Shown piece after piece: positions 32,057 to 40,574 of a stretch of 64,000 bases of DNA. Numbering within the stretch: the first letter of the stretch is position 1; the number at the start of each line of letters is the position of its first letter. The stretch comes from an uncultured bacterium (GTDB taxonomy: Bacteria; Fidelibacterota; Marinisomatia; Marinisomatales; Marinisomataceae): positions 283,294-347,293 of the forward strand of contig CALSYL010000003.1 in the NCBI GenBank assembly GCA_943841495.1. Direction: 5' to 3'. The notes under the pieces are model-generated. The model ran no database searches, had not been told where the DNA came from, and saw only the letters and a list, made by a program, of their open reading frames with translations. The translations under genes and the position numbers were made by a program.

Positions 32057-32067
32057 GACGGTCATCT

Positions 32068-32619
32068 ATGGCGCTTAAATATTCTAACATGCTTCCTCTT
32101 GGCACAAAAATGCCTGATTTTGAGCTTAAAAATGTGTTAGATGATAAAGTATATACCTCTTCAGCTTTAATGAACGCTAATCCATCGTTAATTATGGTTA
32201 TATGCAATCATTGTCCGTATGTAGTTCAATATCATAGTGAGATTAAAAGACTTGAGAGCGATTTTGCTAATGACATTGATTTTGTAGCTATTAGTTCAAA
32301 TGATATAATTTCTTACCCTGAAGATGGACCCATAGAAATGAAAAAATTATTTTATGACCTTAAATTATCTTTTCCTTACTTGCTGGACGAAACCCAAGAG
32401 ATTGCTAAAAAATTAAAGGCAGAATGTACTCCTGAATTTTATCTCTATGATCGCGATAATTTGTTAGTATATAGAGGAAGAATGGATGATTCTTCTCCAG
32501 GTAATGATATCAATCCATCTGCTAAATATCTAAGAAAAGCTATGACAAGCCTATTAAATGGAGAGAGTATATCAGCAGATCAGCAACCATCTATGGGTTG
32601 CAGCATTAAATGGAAGTAG
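32068..32619 (+). CDS. thioredoxin-fold (AhpC/TSA-like) thiol-disulfide oxidoreductase
   Basis: CxxC in LIMVICNHCPYV; 183 aa. Confidence 0.7.
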   Translation: MALKYSNMLPLGTKMPDFELKNVLDDKVYTSSALMNANPSLIMVICNHCPYVVQYHSEIKRLESDFANDIDFVAISSNDIISYPEDGPIEMKKLFYDLKLSFPYLLDETQEIAKKLKAECTPEFYLYDRDNLLVYRGRMDDSSPGNDINPSAKYLRKAMTSLLNGESISADQQPSMGCSIKWK

Positions 32620-32736
32620 TTATTTCTTAAACCAATCTATTATTCCTCTAATTATATCTCTTATTATTATGAAAATAATAGACAATATAAAAAAAGCCAT
32701 TATTGCAATTAAAACTATCTCTATAAACTGAGTCAT
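32620..32736 (-). CDS. possible 38-aa membrane peptide
   Basis: Hand-translated MTQFIEIVLIAIMAFFILSIIFIIIRDIIRGIIDWFKK; its ATG overlaps the amidase TGA (ATGA); below the ORF-track size cutoff. Confidence 0.25.
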   Translation of the reverse strand: MTQFIEIVLIAIMAFFILSIIFIIIRDIIRGIIDWFKK

Positions 32737-34136
32737 TTATTATTAGGTGTTGGTTTAAATTGAATAAGCTGTTCTGCAGCATAAGCAAGTTCAATTAATT
32801 TTTTATCATCCCATTTGGAACCTATAAATGACATGCCAATAGGTAACCCATCTACATAATCAAACGGAATTGTTACATGGGGATATCCAGCCATAGCAGC
32901 AAAACTTCCATTGACCCAAAATTTGTACTCAGCAATAGCCTCATCATCACCGCCATCGTGATTGATTGCCCACGCTGGGCTCCAAGAAAGACCTACTAAA
33001 GCTTCAATATTGTAGTCTTTAATAAAATCATCAATTTCCGTTCTTGTTTGCAAAACTCTCTCTAGTGCAAGCAAATATTCTTCTTTTTGCGATGACGTAG
33101 CATTGCTATCATAAAAATGACTTTGATCAAAATGTTTTAAGATTTCTTCTTTATTTTCTTCGTTATAAACAATTAATTCATCTAGTGTTTTTAATTCAGA
33201 ATTTGAGTTAGCTAAATATTGTTCAAGTCCAACTTTGAATTCATATAATAAAACAAGTAATTCTTCTGAGCCAGGATATTCTCTATTATCATCAATATCA
33301 ACAACTATTGCTCCAGCTTGTTCAAGCATAATTTTCATTTTTTTCAACATAAGTTTTCCGTCTGTATTTTGACTGCCAGTAGGTAATAATCCAAATCGTT
33401 TACCTTTTAAATCAGATATATCCAAATTTGAAGTAAAGTTAAAATCAAAATCTTCAGGAATTGCAAGCGTGGCAGAATCATTTTCATCTTTGCCTGCAAT
33501 AATTTCTAAAATAGAAGCAGCATTCGAAACTGAATTAGCCATTGGTCCAGCAGTATCTTGCGTATGGGATATTGGAATAATTCCAGATCGACTAACAAGA
33601 CCAACGGTAGGTTTAATACCTACAATGCCATTAACAGAAGAAGGACAACTCACAGATCCATTTGTTTCTGTTCCAATTGCAACATTCACTAATCCTGTGG
33701 CAACTACTACTCCAGACCCTGAGCTAGAGCCACACGGAGTACGCATTTCACCGTAAGGATTGATGGTTTGTCCACCCATACTGGACCACCCACTAGTTGA
33801 AGAAGAGGAGCGGAAATTTGCCCATTCAGAAAGATTGGTTTTTCCAATAACGAAATAACCATTATCTACTAATTTTTGAATTAAAAAAGCATTGTTGTCT
33901 GGATAATTATTTTTCAGTGCAATTGAGCCAGCAGTATTAGCAAATCCTTTTACATCAATATTGTCTTTAATGGCAATAGGTTTAAGTCCTTTATTTAAAT
34001 TTTCTTCAATCTGTTCATTTGAAAGCTTACTAATATAGATATTATATTTTTCTTCTAAATTAATTGATGAGCTTTCTAGGGATTGATTGCATCCATTAAA
34101 AATTAATAGAATTAAAATAACAAAAGTTTTTTTCAT
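32733..34136 (-). CDS. amidase-signature family amidase, lipoprotein
   Basis: Lipoprotein signal LILLIFNGC; Gly/Ser-rich AS block CGSSSGSGVVVATG; Lys context IAIKDNIDVKG. Confidence 0.85.
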   Translation of the reverse strand: MKKTFVILILLIFNGCNQSLESSSINLEEKYNIYISKLSNEQIEENLNKGLKPIAIKDNIDVKGFANTAGSIALKNNYPDNNAFLIQKLVDNGYFVIGKTNLSEWANFRSSSSTSGWSSMGGQTINPYGEMRTPCGSSSGSGVVVATGLVNVAIGTETNGSVSCPSSVNGIVGIKPTVGLVSRSGIIPISHTQDTAGPMANSVSNAASILEIIAGKDENDSATLAIPEDFDFNFTSNLDISDLKGKRFGLLPTGSQNTDGKLMLKKMKIMLEQAGAIVVDIDDNREYPGSEELLVLLYEFKVGLEQYLANSNSELKTLDELIVYNEENKEEILKHFDQSHFYDSNATSSQKEEYLLALERVLQTRTEIDDFIKDYNIEALVGLSWSPAWAINHDGGDDEAIAEYKFWVNGSFAAMAGYPHVTIPFDYVDGLPIGMSFIGSKWDDKKLIELAYAAEQLIQFKPTPNNK

Positions 34137-34152
34137 TTTTTCCTCTTTGTTG

Positions 34153-34193
34153 AAGCTAGCTTGACATTATCATATGTAAAGCTTACTTTACAT
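34153..34193. promoter_or_regulatory. two palindromes in a divergent intergenic region (candidate operator)
   Basis: AAGCTAGCTT (34153-34162) and ATGTAAAG-CTTA-CTTTACAT (34174-34193), with TTGACA at 34161-34166, in one of the few long intergenic gaps. Confidence 0.35.
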
Positions 34194-34229
34194 TAATTTA
34201 TTAAGTTGATAATAATTTAAGGAGTAAAA

Positions 34230-34670
34230 ATGGTTAAAGTAACACATAAAGGATTGTGGATAGATTTCTCATCTATTAAAAAAGAACATAAAAAAATTAT
34301 GAACAAATCACTTTTTTTTGCACTAATTACAGGCTTCTCAATTGGGTTTATAATGAGCGATATACCATTTTTTTTAATGATATGTGATAATTATCCATTT
34401 TTATTGTATTTTGCTCCTATTGTAACAATTTTAACAGGAGTCTTGACTATTTTCTATTCTTTTAAGTTTTATGATAAACAAGATGAATTATATCAAAAAT
34501 ATCATGATTTTACATTGATGGCAGGATGTGTAGGTTTTTTCTTCTTTGGAATGATACTTCAATTTGTTAGTCTTTTTTCAACATATTCTCCATCTTTTAT
34601 GGATTACTTTTTTTGCGTTCTACTTGGTGGAGTTATTGGTCAGCTATATTTTTATAAAAAATACTATTAG
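34230..34670 (+). CDS. hypothetical 4-TM membrane protein
   Basis: AAGGAG 7 nt upstream of ATG 34230; four hydrophobic helices; followed 2 nt later by a small XRE regulator. Confidence 0.45.
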   Translation: MVKVTHKGLWIDFSSIKKEHKKIMNKSLFFALITGFSIGFIMSDIPFFLMICDNYPFLLYFAPIVTILTGVLTIFYSFKFYDKQDELYQKYHDFTLMAGCVGFFFFGMILQFVSLFSTYSPSFMDYFFCVLLGGVIGQLYFYKKYY

Positions 34671-34672
34671 AA

Positions 34673-34870
34673 ATGAAAAATAATATAAAAGAATTAAGAT
34701 CTGCTAAAAAGATTAGCCAACAGCAACTGGCCGATGCTTTGCTAGTAAGTAGGCAAACTGTAAATGCGATTGAAACAGGAAAGTTTGATCCATCATTAAC
34801 ATTAACAATCAAAATTACACGTTTTTTCAAGAAAAATTTAGAAGATATATTTAAGATGGAGGACAAATGA
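34673..34870 (+). CDS. XRE-family helix-turn-helix transcriptional regulator
   Basis: ISQQQLADALLVSRQTVNAIETGKFDPSL; 65 aa. Confidence 0.85.
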   Translation: MKNNIKELRSAKKISQQQLADALLVSRQTVNAIETGKFDPSLTLTIKITRFFKKNLEDIFKMEDK

Positions 34871-35287
34871 ATATAAAAGCAATAATATTGTTTCTCAGCT
34901 TAGCGACGATAGGTTTTGGACAAACAGTGAACAAATGGCGGTATGGAAACAAATGTTTTTAACAGGAATACTGGTGAAAGAATTTATACAGAATATTACG
35001 ATGACGAACAAATAAAAATTAAAATGATTAGGCATGTGAAAGGTAGAATGAACCATGGTCCATATAAAGATTTTTATGAGAGTGGAGCTAAAAGAACTGA
35101 TGCTACCTACAAGAATGGAAAATTCCATGGACCATATACTTTTTATCATGAGAATGGACAAATTTATGTACAAGTTGAATATAAGCGAGGGAATATAAAT
35201 GGAGTTGTATCATTTTTTGATGATCAAGGCCAATTAATTGAGAAAGTAAAATACAAAAATGGTAAACCAATTAAGGAAGGAAAATAA
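34867..35287 (+). pseudogene. MORN-repeat (YwqK-like) protein, signal peptide in a different frame
   Basis: ATG 34867 encodes MNIKAIILFLSLATIGFGQTVNKWRYGNKCF, then stop at 34960; the MORN body (YKNGKFHGPYTFYHENGQIYVQVEYKRGNINGVVSFFDDQG) is in the next frame from 34943; T5 run at 34956-34960. Confidence 0.5.
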
Positions 35288-35288
35288 A

Positions 35289-36175
35289 ATGGAACCAAGA
35301 ATACAAAATGGATTTTTAAGAGCAATTATTTTTATGCCAATATGGTTTGTAACACTTGCTTTATTTATGACTCTAACATCAGTCTTATTGATGTTTGCGT
35401 CAGGAGTAGATATGGCTGACGAAAATGCAGTTCAAGCACTATTTGATATGAGTTTTGACTCACCTATCATGTTTTCCTAACTGCTTCGCAGGTAGCAGGA
35501 AGCTTTTTAGCTTTATGGCTCGCAACAAAGTTTATTGATAGAAAACCTTTAATGTCTATCGGATTATCAATAAAAGATAAAGCTAACGAAATGCTAATTG
35601 GACTTGCTTTTGCTTTAGCTTTTATTGGCGGACTTTTTGCGATTTTGTGGTTGCTGGGCGCAATATCTGTTACAGGATTTGTTGGATTTAAACCTGGCGT
35701 GTTTATTGTCAGTATGATGTTGTTTTTAGCAGCATTTGATGAAGAGCTTATTTTTAGAGGATATATTTTAAATAATATGATGGATTCATCAAAAAATAGA
35801 TGGATTGCTCTTGCTGGTTCTTCAGCATTATTTGCTCTTATGCATGCTGGAAATCCAAGTGTTTGGAGTAATTGGGTTCCAATGACTGAATTATTTGCTG
35901 CTGGATTCATTTTAGGTATTAGCTATACTTTTACCAAAAACTTATGGTTTCCAACATTTTTTCACTTTGGATGGAACTTTTTTCAAGGATTGTTAGGATT
36001 TGAAATCAGCGGAATCAATGTTGATTCATGGAAAATGATTAGCCATGAAAATACAGGCAACGTACCTGATGTTATATCTGGAGGATCTTTTGGAATTGAA
36101 GGTTCTGTAATTACTTTGTCTTGTACTATCATTTGTACTTATTTAATATATAAGTACTACAATGATCAACAATAA
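35289..36175 (+). pseudogene. CPBP-family intramembrane protease, one frame disruption
   Basis: EELIFRG, FALMH and FFHFGWNF motifs in the 35552 ORF; that frame is open back to 35459 (LTYHVFLTASQVAGSFLALWLATKFIDRKPL) and abuts the N-terminal TM ORF ending at 35480; T4 run at 35472-35475. Confidence 0.6.
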
Positions 36176-36731
36176 CAAAATTATTTCATTATGCTTAGCA
36201 ATTGCTTGCTTTGCATTATCTTACAGCTTTCTTACATCTTCAAACATCCCAGAAGGGATGTTTGAAGATCCTAATACTGGAAAGGCAATGCTCTTAGGTG
36301 AGATTGCAATCAATGAATTAAAACAAGAACCATTTAAAAGCTGGTATTTTGAAGAGTTTAATAGCTACAAAGTAGATCAGGAATTAATTGCAGCAATATC
36401 TAATCCAAGTCAGTATAGCTATGAACTATTTTTAGGAACTTGGTGCGCAGACAGCAGAAGGGAGGTTCCTAGGATTGAAAAAATATTTACTGAACTTGAC
36501 ATCAACCTTGATAAAGTAAAAATTATTACAGTTGACAGGAATAAAGTTAGTCCTGAAAATGAGCAGGAAGGAAAAGATATTCGCTATGTTCCAACCTTAA
36601 TTGTTAGAAAAGAAGGTATTGAGGTTGGCAGAATTGTTGAATCTCCTTCATCTGAATCGGCTTCATTAGAAAGTGATTTGTTTGAAATCTCGTTAGGGAT
36701 ACCACCCGCACCAAATTATAGTGAAAATTAA
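36162..36731 (+). CDS. thioredoxin-like lipoprotein (CxxS)
   Basis: Signal/lipobox-like LCLAIACFAL; thioredoxin-fold motif GTWCADSRREVP (CxxS rather than CxxC); VPTLIV cis-Pro region. Confidence 0.6.
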   Translation: MINNNKIISLCLAIACFALSYSFLTSSNIPEGMFEDPNTGKAMLLGEIAINELKQEPFKSWYFEEFNSYKVDQELIAAISNPSQYSYELFLGTWCADSRREVPRIEKIFTELDINLDKVKIITVDRNKVSPENEQEGKDIRYVPTLIVRKEGIEVGRIVESPSSESASLESDLFEISLGIPPAPNYSEN

Positions 36732-36733
36732 TC

Positions 36734-36877
36734 ATGCTGCATTTTATAAAATTTCTTCTGTTTTCATTGGTTACTTTTGGTATATATCCATTATATTTTT
36801 ATGTTACTAGACAAGAAGAAACAAACGAATTATTAAAAGAGATTATCGAAGAATTAAAGAGAAGGAAAATTCAATGA
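36734..36877 (+). CDS. possible 47-aa membrane peptide
   Basis: Hand-translated MLHFIKFLLFSLVTFGIYPLYFYVTRQEETNELLKEIIEELKRRKIQ; starts 2 nt after the upstream stop. Confidence 0.3.
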   Translation: MLHFIKFLLFSLVTFGIYPLYFYVTRQEETNELLKEIIEELKRRKIQ

Positions 36878-36957
36878 AAAAAATAAATATGCTAATATTG
36901 CTCGCAATTTTTACAATTGGATGTAGCCAGCAAGAACCTGTGAATTTTGATTTTTAA
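36874..36957 (+). CDS. possible 27-aa lipopeptide
   Basis: Hand-translated MKKINMLILLAIFTIGCSQQEPVNFDF, with a lipobox (FTIGC); ATGA overlap with the preceding small ORF. Confidence 0.3.
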   Translation: MKKINMLILLAIFTIGCSQQEPVNFDF

Positions 36958-37153
36958 TATTGAAGTTGTTGGTTGGATAGGCTCCACGCTCGTTATTATT
37001 TCTTTCTTTTTTGACGGTCCTAAAATGAGAGTGATTAACGGATTGGGATGTCTAGCATGGATGTTTTATGCAATCGTACAAGGGAGTATGAGTTTATTGT
37101 TTGTAAATGCAGCGATTGTTTTTGTCCACATCTATAAGACTTTTTCAAAATAA
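36947..37153 (+). CDS. small 2-3 TM membrane protein
   Basis: 68-aa ORF (TTG start as listed), hydrophobic throughout. Confidence 0.4.
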   Translation: MIFNIEVVGWIGSTLVIISFFFDGPKMRVINGLGCLAWMFYAIVQGSMSLLFVNAAIVFVHIYKTFSK

Positions 37154-37165
37154 ATCTTCTAAAAA

Positions 37166-38647
37166 CTAACTAGTTTTTTCTTCAATAAATTTATTTGCAG
37201 CGCTAAAAATAAGTTCAGTTCTTTCAGGTTTTAGTCTTTCAAGCGCTCTGGGCATAACTGCTAAACGAGGATTAGTTTTAAAGTAGTCTAAATTATTTTT
37301 GATAAACGACCAATAAAGCCCATCTACAATATCACACCATGGTCCTTTTTTAAAATTACTCATTTTCATGATATAGCTAGAACCGCAAATGTATGGTTTT
37401 GTTGAAATAACTCCACCATCTGCATACGTTCCCATTCCATAGACATTCGGTACCATCACCCACTCTGAAGAATCCACAAACATTTCCATAAACCATCTGT
37501 AGATCTCGTCTGGATGAATTCCTGAAAGGTTCATAATATTAGAAATAACCATCAATCTATTTATATGATGAGTGTATCCATGTTCTAATGTAAGCTTGAT
37601 GGCATTATCAAGCGGATCGATACCAGTAGTTCCATCATACCAATCTTTAGTTAGTTTTGCGTTCATTTTTAAAGAAATTTTGACCTATCTGTTTATGACC
37701 TCTTGTATGGTAAACCCCTCTTATAAATTCTCGCCAACCCATTATTTGTCTAACAAATCCTTCAACTGAGTTAAGGGAGGTATTGTTTTTGATTCTAAAG
37801 TTAATAGCTTTTTCAATTACCTCTCCTGGCGTTAAAAGACCAATATTTAATAGTGGGCTAATCGCTGAATGAAACAGAAAGTTATGATTTTCATAAATTG
37901 CATCCTCGTAAGGTCCAAATAATTCAAATTTTACTTTAAAAAAATCATCAAGATATTTTAAGGCATCTTTTCTTTATAAAAGGTATCCAGAAGTCCTTTG
38001 AGGTAGTACCAGGACTATCAGCAAATTCATTATCAATAAGCTCATTTACTTGCTTTAGGTGTTCGCTTGACGTAGATTTTAGATTCAGGAATTTCAAGTC
38101 CTTTTGGAATTTTTTTTCTATTTAATTCATCATAATTCCATTGTCCACCAATAGGTTTGCCATCATCCATTAAAATGTTTAACTCTTTTCGTGTTTTTCT
38201 GTAAAAATTTTCAAGCAATAAATTTTTTCTACCTACTTGATATTCATCAAAATAACTTCTAGAGAACATAAACATAGGAGATGGAAGGATTTCAAATTCA
38301 GTAGTTTGCTTATCGATAGAGGATAAGAGCATAGATTCAACATCTTTGTCTTCTACTTCGTAAACAAAAATCTTATTTGGCTTAAGATCTGAAATTGTTT
38401 GCTTAAGTTTTGATATAAAAGATTTTTCATACCCTCCATCAAAATCATTGTAATGCACATTGTATTTTGAAGACATTTCATCTTTATATTCTCTCATTGA
38501 GGTTAAAAAAAATGACACCTTTTTTTTATGATGTGTTTTATAACTACAGAGGTCAAAATTTTCACACATAAAAATATCTGTTACTTCATCAGGATGATAT
38601 TTTTTATCAAATAATTGATTTCCTAAAACAATCAGCAATGAATTCAT
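37166..38647 (-). pseudogene. cryptochrome/photolyase-related protein (COG3046, PhrB/CryB-like) with three frame disruptions
   Basis: N-terminal ORF (LIVLGNQLFDKKY...GGQWNYDELNRKKIP) and C-terminal ORF (HINRLMVISNIM...PYICGSSYIMKMSNFKKGPWCD). The 375 nt between them reads in two further frames as QVNELIDNEFADSPGTTSKDFWIP and KDALKYLDDFFKVKFELFGPYEDAIYENHNFLFHSAISPLLNIGLLTPGEVIEKAINF...VEGFVRQIMGWREFIRGVY. Confidence 0.75.
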
Positions 38648-38935
38648 TTACTTTTGACTGTTTTTGTACTCTTTTGGAGAGAGGGTCTTCATTGTGAGTG
38701 CATGAATTTCTCCATGCATATATTCATCGAGAGCTTTGTACACTAATTGATGTCTTTCAATTAAGCTCATTTCTTCGAAATCAGGACTTACCAATGTCAT
38801 ACTTAGGTGATAATTTCCCTCAAAGGTAGCATGATTTTCATGTTGAGCAGTGTAATCGTACACGTTTATAAAATCTACTGAAATAACGTCAGATATTTTT
38901 TTAGAAATTATGTTCTGTAATTCTTCAAGCTTCAT
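38648..38935 (-). CDS. BolA family protein
   Basis: 95 aa; ERHQLVYKALDEYMHGEIHALTMKTLSPKE; stop abuts the photolyase start. Confidence 0.8.
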   Translation of the reverse strand: MKLEELQNIISKKISDVISVDFINVYDYTAQHENHATFEGNYHLSMTLVSPDFEEMSLIERHQLVYKALDEYMHGEIHALTMKTLSPKEYKNSQK

Positions 38936-38949
38936 TGTAAATTAGTAAT

Positions 38950-40574
38950 GTGATGTCTGAATTTAATTCAAAATTCATAAAATACTTATGCCTTTTACTT
39001 TTTTTAAAAGGTTGTGCTTATTTTAATACATTTTATAACGCTGAAGAGCATTTTGAAACAGCTGAACGTATTAGAATAGAAAACCTTGGAAATCAAATTC
39101 CTTCTAGAGCAATTCAGGAATATGCTAAAGCAATAGAAAAATCTGATAAAGTACTCTTGGAGTTTTCAGATAGTCGTTATGTTACAGAAGCAAAGCTCTT
39201 AAAAGGAAAAGCGCACTTTTTTAGAAGAGAATACGATAGTGCAGTTACAATTTTTAATCAATTAAAAGAAGAAGATGATATATTTTATCAGCAACAATCA
39301 AAGTATTGGTTGGCTTTGTGTAAGTGGAAGGATCTAAGACCTCAGCCTGCCATAAATGATTTAAATGAACTTATCCAAGAAATTGATGATAAAAATTTCT
39401 TATCAATTATTTATTTATCGCTTGGTGAAATTTATTTAGGTATTGACGATTCATTGAATGCATATGAAAATTTTAATAATGGAGCGAAGATTAGCAGTAA
39501 TCGCAATCTTAGAGAGCAGGTTTATTATCAGATAGCTGAGATTTCTTTTAAACAGAATGATTATAGCAAGGCTTTAGAAAGCTACAATAAAGTGCTTTCT
39601 AATACTATTTCAATTGCAAGAATTCAAGATTCTAACCTTAAAATTGTACAAATTTATAGACTAACAGGTGATTTAGAGCGTTCGGCAGCAAAAATTCAAG
39701 AATTAATAATTAATGAAGATTTTAATTCCATAAAATCTGATTTGGATTTGGAATTGACAAAAATTGAACTATCTCGAGGAAAAATTAATTTTGCTATCGA
39801 GAATTTAGATAGAATAGGTCAAGACTATCCAAACACAAAGACTGCTATTGAGGCATATTATCTTCTTTCAGACATTTACTTAACTTCACCAAACATTGAT
39901 TATGAAAAAACGAAGTTTTTTATGAATGAAGCAATGAAGCAGAATTCTAACTCTTCATTCAAATCATTGATTATTAAAAAAAGAGATGATGTTGAAATGT
40001 TAATTAAGCTTGATTCTTCCTTAGGGGAGATTGATCAATCTAAAAAAGCAGAGAATTTATTCATAACCGGTCAAATACTAGCTTTTAATTTGGCTAGTTA
40101 TAAAGAATCAAAAGAATATTTTGAAAATATTATAAATAACCATAGTAAGAGCAACTATTTCCAACAGTCAGTTTTTGCCTTATACGTGATTAATAAGAAA
40201 ATTATGAATGATGATTCTAAGTTGTACAAGAATAAAATTCTTGAAGAATTTCCTAATTCAGATTTTGCAAAATATATCATTAATAATGATAATTTAGATA
40301 TCAATCATTCTCCTTCAGAATTGCTTAGAAAAGCAGAAGATTTGAGACAAAAAGATGTGATTGGTTCAATTGCGTTATATAAGAAAGTTTTAAGTGAGGA
40401 TAAATTAACTCAGTCATCAAAAATAGCAGCCTATTATTTAGGAATGTACTATGATTATGAGATTCCGAAATTGATAGCGCAAAGTACTATTATCAATTCG
40501 TTGCGAGACAACATCCCAATAGTGAACAAGCTAAAAAAGCTTTAAAAAGATTGGAAGCGATTAATGTTCAGTAG
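38950..40574 (+). pseudogene. TPR lipoprotein with C-terminal frame disruption
   Basis: Lipobox LLLFLKGC; many TPR-like units. After about 40461 the -1 frame reads DSEIDSAKYYYQFVARQHPNSEQAKKALKRLEAINVQ (stop 40572-40574), a far more TPR-like ending than the listed IPKLIAQSTIINSLRDNIPIVNKLKKL. Confidence 0.5.

Noticed and set aside
35467-35910. 147-aa minus-strand ORF
   Set aside because: It is antisense to the CPBP protease gene, whose catalytic motifs are on the + strand, and it has no motif of its own.
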